The position numbers were made by a program, and so were the translations under genes. Below the pieces are notes generated by a model. The model had not been told where the DNA came from, searched no databases, and saw only the letters and a list, made by a program, of their open reading frames with translations. DNA of 64,000 nucleotides from Mobula hypostoma (taxonomy: Eukaryota): the NCBI RefSeq assembly GCF_963921235.1, contig NC_086108.1, positions 48,362,001 to 48,426,000 of the forward strand, given 5' to 3'. This document shows, piece after piece, positions 36,847 through 49,245 of this stretch. The first letter of the stretch is position 1, and each line of letters opens with the position of its first letter.

Positions 36847-38346
36847 GTGTGTTTAGCCCTTCATGTATAATACTGAATGAATGTTTAAAATGATGGTCTT
36901 GCACGATAGGAGAATGTGTTTGTACTGCAGTTTGCATTGTCCAGAGCACAATTGTGTTAACCATTCAAGTACCACAATGAACAGCAGCAGATTAATAATT
37001 TCATGAAATCTGAAAGACCGATTATCTTGCTTTTCTTAAATGACTTATCAGAACCTTGAAAGAACCTGAGCCCTGATACTTTAGGTGATGTGGTGTATTT
37101 ATCTTCATAGCAATTGAGGATGGAATAGAATAAGTAAACCCTAAATTTCATTGATGTTGTCAAAGTGGGATCTGCCCATCCCTTTATCTTGACAGGAATC
37201 CTAGTTCCGGGATCAAAGATTGCAGATGGATTAAAATATAAATAAGTGGAGAGGAGTTGATTGAATACTAGAGGTGGTAGAAAGCACAGGCTTTTGAATT
37301 GAGAATGAAGCAACTAGAACAATTTTGTATTCATCCAGCAAAGAGCCAGCATAGACAAGAGGAGGGTGAATAGTGATAGAAACATCATAGTTTTTCAAAG
37401 TTTGATGAAATGATCCCCAGTTATAAGTAATAATTTGAAAATCATACTGTGTGTGATTGCTGAAACATAATATTCTATTATTCTTTATGAATCAAGTAAC
37501 ACTTATCATTGATTAAAGTAGTGCAAGAAGAAATCCAATTCACCCCTTTCACATCCACTGCTCCACCACCAGCTCTCTGTGCCTGCAGGGCATCCTGTCT
37601 ACACACTGCACTTCAGCAATTCACTGCCTTCTCTGCATCTTCAACCACCAAACAGGGCAAGAAAATTATTGACACAGGACACTACACCCAGTTCTTGCTC
37701 AGTCTTGATCCCAGACTATATATGAGTTAATGTTCATAAAAGCCTTGCCACAATCTCTTATTACCTGACATTAATATAGACAAACGTACAGACTTTGTTG
37801 GCAAGGCATACATCTGTTCCATGTTTAAATCGCTTGAGAAGGTGGAGAGGAGCTGCCTTTTTGAACTGCTGCAGTTCCCTTCAAGTTACATGCCATCCGA
37901 AATTAGAAATACATCACTACTGCTTTGTCACTACTAGGTCAAAGGTTTGGATCTCCCCAGGTAGGGTCACTCAATAGCTCGGCTGCACCTTCTCATAGAC
38001 AGTCAGGGCTGAACAATAACTGCTGGTCTTGTTAAAAAGTACTGTGTACTTATTTAGGTTATGGCCAAATTAGAAGTGTTTCAGGCATGGCTCTAATGCA
38101 TAGAGTAGTCATATATTCTCGGACTGCCATTAGAAAAATTGATGGAATGGGTGCCTTCAGAGAAGAGAAGAAATTCAAATTGTGTTAGTAAGACATAGTC
38201 TCTGCTTCCAATCATACCACATTTCAGCAAATGTACAGATCAAATTGCATTCTTTGTATTTCTGAGATTGCTTCTGGTAAATAAATAAAGATCAAGCACT
38301 CTGAATTTTTTTATTGGAAGAAAAAGTCAAATCTTTCAATTTCAAG

Positions 38347-38497
38347 CCTCTGCAGAAAGATGAGCACAACACCATCACAGCAAACACCAGGATTATTCAA
38401 ATCAAGAATGCCCAGATTTCAGATACAGGACGGTATACTTGTGTGGCCACCAATATTGCTGGAGAGGACGAGAAAGATTATGATGTAAATGTTCAAG
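38347..38497 (+). CDS. HMCN1: Hemicentin-1 exon 13: PLQKDEHNTITANTRIIQIKNAQISDTGRYTCVATNIAGEDEKDYDVNVQ
   Basis: tttcaag acceptor (an alternative in-frame ctgcag lies 9 nt downstream), G|gttaga donor, phase 0 to 1. Confidence 0.88.
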
Positions 38498-38721
38498 GTT
38501 AGATTGCATTATTTGCTTACTCCTAAATGTGTTTTGTGTTGCAGTGATCCTTTTAAGTAAATCTCCATTATTTTCATCTTTACTACAAGTTATCATTTTT
38601 GCTTATTAGATATCTGTTCAATGGTTGTTTTTATCCTTTTATCACAGAGAAATAACTTAATATGGAGATTTGTAACAAAGCACATTTTTAATATCTGTTT
38701 GTTTTTTAATCCTCAATTTAG

Positions 38722-38928
38722 TTCCGCCAAGTTTTGTGAAACCAGAAAATAGCTATGATATAACTGGAAATACACTGGAAGGGAGCAGGACAGTTGTTTT
38801 CAAGGATGTAGTCATTAACAACCCCATCTCCTTGTATTGTGAGACAAATGCTATCCCACCACCATCTCTCACTTGGTACAAAGACAGCATGCCATTGACA
38901 TCTAATAGTCATGTTCAGATACTGCCAG
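38722..38928 (+). CDS. HMCN1: Hemicentin-1 exon 14: (V)PPSFVKPENSYDITGNTLEGSRTVVFKDVVINNPISLYCETNAIPPPSLTWYKDSMPLTSNSHVQILP(G)
   Basis: atttag acceptor, G|gtatgt donor, phase 1 to 1; KDV.INNPISLYCETNA resembles HMCN1. Confidence 0.92.
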
Positions 38929-39469
38929 GTATGTATTATTGTCATAGACCGAGGGAATCAAAACCCTCTTTATATGAAATCTTATGATAGCTGCAATCAA
39001 ACCATTATGTTGGTTAGTACACGTACCATGAAATTTTAATGCAGATCACTCGTTATAATTATTTTGCTAATATTTGAGAATAAATATTTTGTTTTGTGGC
39101 TACATCCAAAAATGCAGGGAAGTTAATGTTAGAGTTAATATATATGTTTGTGAATTTCATGATTTTTTTTATTATCGTGGCAATTCTTCATCACGGCAGG
39201 AGAACTCTCATTTAGCACAATTGACAATCTGAATTACTTTGGCAAATCAAGCCCATTATGAACATGTGGTGAAATAGGACCCACAGGGTGGAAATTCTCT
39301 CACCACCAGGGTAAATCTTGAACTTGTATGATTTTTATCAAACAAATTCCAGCACGTATTCCTTGCCGTATAATGACCCGCATCAATTACTGTAGGTTCT
39401 CCATCTCACTGCTGTGTCCAAGCAAGGTTCTCTCCTTCCTGTGTCTTCTGCTAACATTGCTTCATTTTC

Positions 39470-41650
39470 CATAAGACCAGAAGACATAGAAGCTGAATTA
39501 AGCCATTTAGCCCATCGAGTCTGCTCCACCATTTAACCACGGCTGATCCTTTTTCTCCCCTCCTCAGCCCCACTCCCCAGCCTTTTCCCAATAACAATTG
39601 ATGCCATGTCCAATCAAAAACCTGTCAAGCTCTGCCTTAAATACACCCAACGACCTGGCCTCCACAGCTGCCTGTGGTAATAAATTCCATAAATTAACCA
39701 CCCGCTGTTTAGAGAAATTTCTCTGCATCTCTGTTTTAAATGGACGCCCCTATATCCTGAGGCTGTGCCCACTTGTCCTAGACTCCCCCATCATGGGAAA
39801 CACCCTTTCCACATCTACTCTGTCCAGGCCTTTCAACGTTCAAAAGGTTTCAATGAGATCCCCCCTCAACCTTCTAAATTTCAGTGAGTACAGACCCAGA
39901 GCCATCAATCGTTCCTCATATGATAACTCTTCATTCCCGGAAACATCCTTGTGAACCTCCTTTGGACCCTCTCCAATGCTAGCATATCTTTTCTTAGATG
40001 AGGAGCCCAAATCTGTTCACAATACTTAAGGTGAGGTCCAACCATTACTTTATAAACCCTCAGCATCACATCCTAGCTCTTATATTCTAGACCTCTTGAA
40101 ATGAATGCTAACATTACATTTGCCTTCCTCACCACCAACCCTCCCTGCAAGTTAGACTTTAGGGTGTTATGCACATGGATTCTAAGTAGTCCCAAGTCTA
40201 CCTAAGACCTTCTGCAGCCTGTTTCCTCAGCACCACCTGCCCCTCCTCCAACCTTTGTATCATCTGCAAACTTGGCGACAAAGCCATCTATTCCATCATC
40301 TAAGTCATCGATATACAGCATAAAAAGTAGCAGTCCCAACACTGAACCTACAGAACACCACTGGTCTCTGACAGCCAAACAGAAAAGGATCCTTTTATTC
40401 CCACTCGCTACCTCCTATCAATCAGCCAGTGCTCCAACCATTCCAGTAACTTTCCTGTAATGCCATGGGCTCTTAGCTTGGTAAGCAGCTTCATGTGTGG
40501 CACTATATGAAAGGCCTTCAGAAAATCCAAATATACAACATCCCCTTTATCTATTCTACTTGTAATCTTCTCAAAGAAAACCAAAAGGTTCGTCAGGCAA
40601 GATTTTTCCTTAAGGAAACTATGCTGACTTTGTCCTATTTTGTCCTCTGTCTCCATAACCTCATCCTTAACAATTGACTCCAACATCTTCCCAACCACTG
40701 AGGTCAGGATAACTGGTCTATAATTTCCTCTCTGCTGCCTTCCTCCTGTCTTAAAGAGTGGAGTGACATTTCTAATTTTCCAGTCCCCTGGCACCATGCC
40801 AGGATCCAATGATTTTTGGAAAATCATTTTTAATGCTTCCATAATCTCTACCGCTACCAATTTCAGAACCCTAGAGTGCAGTTCATCTGACCCGAGTGAC
40901 TTATGTGCCCTTAGGTCTTTCAGCTTTTTGAGCACTTTCTCCCTTGTAATAGTAACTGCACTCACTTCTCTTCCCTCTCACCCTTCACCATCTGGCACAT
41001 TGCTAGTGTCTTCCACAGTGAAGATTGATGCAAAATACTCATTTAGTTCATCTGCTATCCCCTTGGCCTCCGTTATTATTTCTCTGGCCTCATTTTCTAG
41101 CGGTCCTATATCCACTCTCATCTCTCTTTTATTTTTTACATACTTGAGAAAGCTTTTACTATCAACTTTGATATTGTTTGCTAGCTTACTTTCATATTTT
41201 ATCTTTTCTCTCCTAATGATCCTTTTAGTTGCTCTCCATAGGGTTTTAAAAGCTTCCCAATCCTCTGTCTTCCCACTAATTTTTGCTTTGTTGCATACCC
41301 TTGCTTTTGCTTTTACATTAGCTTTGACTTCCCTTGCCGGTCACAGTTGTACTATTTTGCCATTTGAGTATTTCTTTGTTTTTGGAATACATCTATCCTG
41401 CACCTTCCTCATTTTTCCTAGAAACTCATGCTATTGCTGTTCTGCTGTCATCCCTGCCAGCATCTCCTTCCAATTTACTTTGGCCAACTCCTCTCTCATA
41501 TCATTGTAATTTCCCTTACTCCATTGAAATACTGCTTCATCAGACCTTACTTTCTCCCTATCGAATTTCAAGTTGAACTCAATCATATCGTGATCACTGC
41601 CTCCTAAGGTTAGGGTTATTTTATCTTAAGCCCCCTAATCACCTCCCCAT
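39470..41650 (-). mobile_element. CR1 LINE, ~2.2 kb (end of APE, RT, 3' UTR)
   Basis: GGSDHDMIEF; ORF 40408..40965 ELHSRVLK...DWKIRNVTPLFK.G....NYRPV.LTSVVGK...VYLDFLKAF; 3' tail tctatgtcttctggtcttatgg on the minus strand. Confidence 0.9.
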
Positions 41651-42980
41651 TCTGTCCCACTCTGTCTCCCTGTATCTGCCAAACTATCTGCTACACCCTC
41701 CCATGAAGCCCCTGCAGTTGTATTAACATTCAGTCATACCACCCCCCCACCAAATGACAAGCTTTATTGCATGAGATTGAAATCTTCAAGCATTTCCTCC
41801 AATTTTATTCACTTTATTTACTGCACGCAGAGTGCTCTCCTCCAGCTAGGAACAAACATCTCTAGACCTTCTTGTGGTTTGCCTGTTGGACTGATACTGC
41901 TTGACTTGTGACTATATGATTTTTTAAAATTTTATTTCAAATTCCAGTATTTGCAGTCTCATACTTTCCAAACCTGCTGGGATTCCAAAACGGCAGAAAA
42001 TCAAGGCACTTCCTCTTTTTTTTTGTACTGATTCCTTGCAGTTTTGATTTAATATAATTTCAGTTCCACTGTTAATAGCTATTAACATTGACCACTGAGG
42101 CAAAGAAATTATTGTAAGTTTGGCATTTCTTGCCCAGTAGCCAATGGTGGACATCTGGAGACCATCAAAGTTGCTGCAATAATGCAAGATCTTCTTGCTT
42201 GGCTAAACTTGATAAAGTTTTGATTATACCTTACAGTAAAGATTTCATCCTTTGTATGAAATGTCAATTCATTACAACTGCACAGTGTAAGAAATGCAAA
42301 AATATGAGTTTATGTTCATACCCAGTTATCCCTTCTTGAAATAAGATAATCATGTACTCCCCCAAAGATTTGCTACACAGCTGCCAACCGTGAGAAGTTC
42401 TCAAATGTAATTAGTTTCTGGTTTATGTTAGGACTCTTTTAAACTTCTTCCTCTAATGCCATATGGGAGAGGGTATAGAGGGAGAAATAGGGGAGTAGGA
42501 ATGGTATTACAAGCTGAATTACCAAAAGTGTGCATTCAGAATGCAGAATACCTGTGAACAACACCATATGCAATCGATTGGACTTTACAAAACATGAGCT
42601 AAAATTGCAGCTCATAACAGAACCTGGGGGGGACAGGCTTGATTCGGTGCTGCCGACACCCCCTGCCATTGTTCACGTGGCTGGAGATGAGCTCTATTGT
42701 AGTTAACTGTGGATTTATGGTGTAAGTTTTGGTCTCTTTTATAGCGTGATTATGATACTATTTGTGCTTGCTATCTTGTGTGTGCTTTTTGCTGTGTGAC
42801 TGTTGGTACTGTGTTTTCCACCTTGACCCCAGAGTGAGGCTGTTTTGTTTGGCTGTATTCATAGGTGTTCATGTGTGGTTGAATGACGATTAAATTTGAA
42901 TTGAATGGAATTGAATTCCTACCATCATCCTCATATTATGAAAAAAGAGATAACATTAATTTGTGCTTTTTACCCATTAG

Positions 42981-43094
42981 GAGGACGTGTTCTACAGATA
43001 CCCAGAGCACAAGTTGAGGATGCTGGCAGATACATATGCGTGGCAACGAACGAAGCAGGCGAAGATTCTATTCAGTATGAACTGAGGGTTATGA
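42981..43094 (+). CDS. HMCN1: Hemicentin-1 exon 15: (G)[37 protein letters not shown]
   Basis: cattag acceptor, A|gtgagt donor, phase 1 to 1. Confidence 0.92.
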
Positions 43095-45294
43095 GTGAGT
43101 ATCATAGATCAGCCAAGTCGATCAATTTCACAACACAATCACGCCTAATTCGCGTTTTAATGGAACTTTAACCCTTTGTTTTATGGTCTGCTGCTGGAAG
43201 ACTCTGCAGTTCATGAGGCCCAAAGTGCCTTGAAGTCTGCAGGGTCTTTCCTTTGCACATTTCACGATGGCAGAGCACCTAAAGGAAACTGGGCACATCT
43301 CAGGTCACCAGCAGGAAACAGATTAAATATGTGGAATAGATTAAGGGTGGGGGTTGGAAGTAGAGGGAGAGAGTGAAATTAGTTTTAATGAGGGGATTGT
43401 GAAAAGGCATGGCTGTCTGGACTGGGGAAGAGTGTGATTGGCTGCTGGGTGTTGAGCGAGGGTGGGGCAGCAGATTGAAGATGGGGAGAATGGTAGGGCA
43501 GGACCTAAAGTTTGGGTGACAGAGGGGAAAGATTCAAGCTGAGACTCATTTGTATTGCAGGGACATGATCAGAATGCTGGAGCCCAGGGTCTTGCTCCTA
43601 TTGTGTATTCCAGATAGAAGTCTATCATAAAGAGCTATTGTAGAGGGTAAGTCAGGAGGACCTAGATGGGGCAGATTCTGGGTGCAGAACTCCACCTTCC
43701 CACAGTAGCAGGTCCCTTTTGGTTTACAATGAGGCTGAGCACATATAGACTGGGGAGGTCTGTCTCTGCGTGAGAGGTTTATGCTGTCTATTGATGGGCT
43801 GTTCTGTGCATTTTGTGATCAAAATCCCTGGGGATTTGGAAGAACTATTGCAGAAAACAGAAGAGTGATGTTGGAAGCTTGAATAAATGCAGAAAGCTGT
43901 AAGTTTTCCACAGGTCAGAAACATCAGAACTGAGAAGGGTTAGAAATCAAACATGGTTTTAGCATTTAAAACATCTCAAGAGGGACAAAGGTAAGGTGAA
44001 CCTTTCCTAGGCTCAGGGAATCAAGAACTTGAGGATGTACGTTTTGGGTGAGAGGGGAGAGATTCAGTAGGAACTGGAGGGTCATCAGATGGTGGGCATC
44101 TGGAAAGTGACACCAACGGAAGTGGTTTAGCAATGCCAGGATTGGTGCACCTTTAAAGGGATTCAAGCCAAATGCAGCTTAGCTTGGACTGTTTCCATGC
44201 ATCTATTTGAGAAGGTGATAGAACAGGTGGAAAGTCTTCGTAAAGGTACAGACCAAAAGTCACTGAAGATTACAAGTGATGGTGGTATTGACTTTGAGAG
44301 GGTAACAAGGGTTTCTCGGACGCAGCTGATCTGTCTTAAGGAGACGTAGAGATAAAGGGGAGCATGAAAATCAAAACATTGTAGATATTTGAAACCTGAA
44401 ACAAAAGCAAAATATACTGTAAATACCCAGCAGGTCAGGCAACATCTATAGAGAGAATAAAACAAAGTTAATATAACAGATTGATAACCTTTCTTCAGAA
44501 CTAGCCAGTATTCAAACAAGCTGGAAAGACTGCTTCTCCAAAATCATCAAATTCACTGTAAAATCATGAAGGAGATAATATGTGACATTAGAAGCAGAAG
44601 TGCTGTTTCTTGAGCTTCTTCGGGCTTTGCTGGAACAGTATGAGAAGATAAGTACAGAGGGTAGACTGGCAGTAGGATGGAGGGTTATATTCTGTACAAG
44701 CAGTGTTATCAATAAAGTTCAGTTGAATATCCTGCAGACTGGCATCCTGGTGTGCTGTGCACTATCCCTTAATAACAAACACAACAACAACGGGTTAGGT
44801 CTATTATAGACTGAATGGAGAAAAACTGTGGACCTTGTAAAACTATTATTAAGTCTATATTTTGTTGTTGAAAATACTTTTTGAGTTAACTCATTCCTAC
44901 ATATTATAGTGTAGCACCATGTTATCCAATGCCTAGGCCAATGCATTTAAAAAAAAATCATGGGTAAATCTCTTCCCTTCATCTCTCTTGTGGTCACAGT
45001 CATCAATGTAAGTTATGTGCCTGACAGAAGGTACACTGTGACGAATAAACCAAACACATGGCCAGCAATTGAAGGGGTGCTATTTTACTGGAAACTAGAA
45101 ATTCCACATGTATCACAAATTTTGATTAGCTTAGGTCAATCTTTATGATGTCAAGAATGTCTCTTTTGGGAACTTGAGTGCCATCTGTAATTTATATAAG
45201 GCTGAAATTGGAACAGAAAGTTTCATTGCTTCACACAAAGAGTTCAAAAGATATTGCTGATCAATTATTCTCTTCATTTTGCTTCTCCACCCAG

Positions 45295-45482
45295 CTCCTC
45301 CTACTATTAAACGGGCTGACAATGATTTACCCGAAGACATCATTGTGCTGGTGAATAAAACTGCCATGTTGGACTGCATGGTCAGTGGAACACCCACTCC
45401 CAATATCACCTGGCTCAAGGATGGCCAGCAATTACGAGCAAGTGGTCCCAACCAACTCCTGTCCAATGGACGAACTCTTCAG
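45295..45482 (+). CDS. HMCN1: Hemicentin-1 exon 16: (T)PPTIKRADNDLPEDIIVLVNKTAMLDCMVSGTPTPNITWLKDGQQLRASGPNQLLSNGRTLQ
   Basis: cacccag acceptor, CAG|gtgttg donor, phase 1 to 0. Confidence 0.92.
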
Positions 45483-46079
45483 GTGTTGTTAATCTTCTGT
45501 CTAATGGGTCGGTGTTAAAACAGTTCGTAGCTAAAATCAAGAATTTGGTTACTCCCAGTATCTTCAGAAGAATCACTATTCAGAGAGTGGGATCGTCCCC
45601 ACAAGATTCAAAGGATTGGTACATTTTTCAGTGTGGAGTTGAATCCTATAGATGTTGTGTGCCAGATTTCCTGACTTTGTTCCTTGCTTGAGCTGTAATA
45701 CTGTTCCTTTATCAGCCTGTGAATCCAAGTTAGGGAGGGAAAGTGCACACAAGGTTAAGATTGGAAGATGCCTTAATCTGGACATTATTTCACAGCTGAT
45801 AGGACTTGGCCACAATATCTTTCATAATTCATTGATCTGATGCCAGTCTCCATTAAGATTTCTAATGTCTTGGAAACAAGCGATGAGATATCTCTTTTGA
45901 AGGAAAGGTGAGAAAACTGAAGGAAAAGTAGTTGGACAGAGAATTAATTATCAAACACATTGCTGAAAAGTACTGTGACTACCTACTGTACAAAGTAATT
46001 CGTAAAGGTAAATAATATTTCTGTGTCATTGTACAAGTTATTAAGGTCTTACTGATTATGTTATTGCTCTTACCAACAG

Positions 46080-46176
46080 ATTCTCAATGCTCAAGTGTCA
46101 GATACTGGCAGGTATATTTGCCTTGCAGAAAACATAGCTGGAAATACCGAAAAATACTTCAATTTAAATGTCCATG
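46080..46176 (+). CDS. HMCN1: Hemicentin-1 exon 17: ILNAQVSDTGRYICLAENIAGNTEKYFNLNVH
   Basis: caacag acceptor, G|gtgagt donor, phase 0 to 1; not in the ORF track. Confidence 0.92.
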
Positions 46177-46406
46177 GTGAGTGATACCAATACTAAACAG
46201 CAATTTTAGTTGCACTGAGAAAATCAGAAACCCCATGATATAGTTTCTAAAATAGTTTGTATTACCACAGATGCCATGGAAATGGTATAAATGATCACCA
46301 AAGACTAAGTTGGGCCCTGACATTCAACAAGCTAACCTAAGTTGTCTTCTTTTGTATTTCATGAAGAAAACTTTGAAATATAATTGAAATTCACTTTCTT
46401 CAATAG

Positions 46407-46568
46407 TGCCTCCCAGTATCATGGGCATCAACCCAGAGAACATGACTGTTGTGATAAATAACTTCTTCTCTTTGACGTGTGAAGCCACAGCTTTCCCACC
46501 ACCCAGCCTTAGCTGGCTTAAGGACGGGAAGCCTCTACGTTCCAACACCAACGTTCTTATTTTGCCTG
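46407..46568 (+). CDS. HMCN1: Hemicentin-1 exon 18: (V)PPSIMGINPENMTVVINNFFSLTCEATAFPPPSLSWLKDGKPLRSNTNVLILP(G)
   Basis: caatag acceptor, G|gtagga donor, phase 1 to 1. Confidence 0.92.
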
Positions 46569-46669
46569 GTAGGAAGCTGATTCATTTTGTGGAATTTTCT
46601 TTTGAATCTTTCATTAATGAGCCAATTGGTTGATCCTGTTGCTAAGACAGGAACCGAATACACTCACCA

Positions 46670-47010
46670 CTATCAGAATCAGGTATCTTACTAATGTTTT
46701 ATATGATGTGAAATGTGTTATTTTTCAGCAGCACTATGGTGCAATTCATATCATTACTATAAATTGCAGAACAAATAATGCAAAAAAATGGAACAATGAT
46801 ACAGTATTCATGGGCTATTCAGAAATCTGACGGTGGAGGGGATAAACCTGTTCCTAAAACATTGTATGTGAGTTTTCAGAGTCCTGTAGCTCCCCCTGAC
46901 AGTAATACAAGAACAGGGCATGTCTGGGAACATGAGGGTCCTTAATGTTGAATGCTGAGTCACCATCTCTTGAAGATGCCCTCAATGACGGGGAGAGTTG
47001 TGACCGTGTT
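46670..47010 (-). mobile_element. Rex1/Babar 3' end fragment
   Basis: Minus strand IKDP.....LL.SGG.YRTLKTH...FRN.F.P pattern with a ctgattctgat tail. Confidence 0.6.
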
Positions 47011-47359
47011 ACACATGTCTCGCATTCTGCTCAACACAATGTATATTCCTGCAAAGCAGCCACCACATTTATAGAGTACCTGAATTCTTTGGTGTTTGTC
47101 ACTAGCACTCTGTTATTCAAAGGAAACACAACCCCACTGACAGCCAGGGATTGAGTAGTGCTTTCTAAAAATATAATTATAAAAAATAAAAATATAATTT
47201 AGCTATCAGAGTGGAGATGGTATTTATGCGTGTTGAAGAAGTAGAATCTGCCCAACTTGATGTTCCATTATACATCATTCATAGCATCATGCATGGAATC
47301 CACAATAGTCAATGAGCCACACAAACAGACCATCTGGTCCACTCCTTCCCTGCCAACCA

Positions 47360-47670
47360 TTAGCGGTTAGCATCACGCTTTACAGCGCCAGTGACCGGAA
47401 AATCTGTGTTCAGCTCCCACCACGGATGGTATGGAGTTTGTACGTTCTCCACATGACAGTTTAGGTTTCCTCTGAGTGCTCCAGTTTCCTCCCATGTTCC
47501 AACAGACGTAGGGGTAAGAGCTAGTAAGTTGTGGGCATGCAATGTCAGCACCGGAAGCATAGCGACACTTGCAGGCTGCCGCTAGCACATTCCCAGACTG
47601 TGTTGATCATTGACGCAAACAATGTATTTCACCTTATGTTTCAATGTAGACAAATAATAAAGCTAATCTC
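47360..47670 (+). mobile_element. V-SINE with a non-CR1-type 3' tail
   Basis: tRNA-like head GCGGTTAGCATCACGC; V-core gtttcctctgagtgctccagtttcctccca; tail ...tatttcaccttatgtttcaatgtagacaaataataaagctaatct. Confidence 0.75.
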
Positions 47671-47976
47671 CCAGCATAGTCATCAATGTTGTGGTGATTC
47701 AAGTGCTAGGCAGTTCTGTGCTAAGTGTTGTCAGTGACTTTGCTTCCATCACCCTTTCAGGTAATGTATTCCACTATCTGGGTGAAGAAGGGTCCCCTCT
47801 AAATCTCTGTCTCTTACTCTAAATCTGTATCCTGGGGAGGGTGAAGTGCTTAGCATGTTCCTGTGGTTTTTCATTGACCTAAATGTGTATAATACCCACA
47901 GAATCTATCCTGTGAGTTCTCGGGTTTGATGAACAGTGAGATCTGTTTCTGATTTTGAAATCCTCTTGTCTCTCAG

Positions 47977-48090
47977 GAGGCCGGACTGTTCAGTTGCCTC
48001 GGGCTAAGCTCTCAGACGGAGGAAAATACACGTGTTTGGCCATGAATCAAGCAGGAGGGGCTGAAAAGCAGATTTATCTCACAGTTTATG
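47977..48090 (+). CDS. HMCN1: Hemicentin-1 exon 19: (G)GRTVQLPRAKLSDGGKYTCLAMNQAGGAEKQIYLTVY
   Basis: tctcag acceptor, G|gttagt donor, phase 1 to 1; not in the ORF track. Confidence 0.92.
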
Positions 48091-48509
48091 GTTAGTATAC
48101 ATCAGGACAAACAGAATTGGGTGTAGTGGCACCAAAAAGATGAAAGACAGCAATAGTAATTTATAAAGTTTTCATCAGAAACACGTAATACTGCACAGGA
48201 AACAGTACTGCCCAGGTGAAGTACCCTTTAAAAAGGAAATGAATGAAGCAAGGTCTGCGAAAATGGAATGTTGATCTAGGAATTATTGTTTCAGGGAAAC
48301 ACCAGGCCCCAATTAGGAAGAACAGGGGCCAGAAGGTAAAGGTGGGATCCTAAACGAATGCTTTTCATTGGTTCTCTTCAAGGAAACAGACTGTTTTCCT
48401 GGAGGATTCAATAAACGGGAAGGTGAAAGCCTTCGTAAATAAATAGCAGGTACTCAAAGCCTTAGGGAGCTTAAACTCACCGGAGACAGGTGAGATTTAT
48501 CCCAGGCTC

Positions 48510-48890
48510 ACAAGAGACGCTGCAGATGCTAGAAATCTTGCACAGCACACACAAATGGCAGGAGGAACTCAGCAAGTCAGGCAGCATCCAAGGAGAGAAA
48601 TAAACAGTTGATATTTCAGGCCGAGACCCTGCATCAGGACTGGAAAGAAAGGAGACAGAATCCGGAGTAAGAAGATGGGTGGGGGGTGGTGGTGGTGGAG
48701 GAGGAGAACATGCTAGCAGGAGGCAGGAAGGGAGAGGACGTTAGAAGCTGGGAGATGGTAGGTAGAAAAGTTAAGGTACTGAAGAAGAAGGAATCTAATA
48801 CTAGAGGGCAGTGGGCAAGGGGATAAAAGGAAGGAGTTGGCGAGCCATAGTAAGGTGATGGGCAGATCATAAGGGCAGAGCAAGGGAAGA
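48510..48890 (-). mobile_element. Penelope-like element terminal repeat with a hammerhead-like core (48605..48642)
   Basis: Minus strand: pyrimidine-rich tract, then CAGTC-CTGATGC-AGGGTCTCGGCCT-GAAAT-ATC-AACTG, then gatgctgcctgacttgctgagttcctcc; homologous to 62400..62770. Confidence 0.65.
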
Positions 48891-48899
48891 AAAGGAACC

Positions 48900-49245
48900 T
48901 TCTTTATGACATGCCTTGTCGAACCAGTCTCTAGAAAAATAAACAAGTGTATTAGTGTGGGCAATACAGTAGATATGGTTAAATGGACTTCAACTGGGCC
49001 TTTGGCAGGGTCTCACATGACAAGTCTGTTCAGAAAGCGAGGGCTGATGGGATTCAGAGCATATTGGTAAATTAGATCCATAATTGACTCAGGAACACGA
49101 GACACAGGGTGATATTAGAAGGTTGGATATGTGTGGGATCCAGTAACTGGTGGTGATCCACAGGGATCTGCTGGGACCCTTACTGTCTGTAATTTAAAGG
49201 AATGATGTGGATGTGGGATGCATGACCTGTAAGTATGCAGATAAA
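48900..49245 (+). mobile_element. CR1 RT fragment
   Basis: CLVEP..VDMV.MDFNWAFGRVSH...VTGGDPQGS.LGP pattern. Confidence 0.55.

Noticed and set aside
40763..41509. 248-aa hydrophobic Ser/Leu-rich + strand ORF
   Set aside because: It is the antisense shadow of the minus-strand CR1 ORF2.
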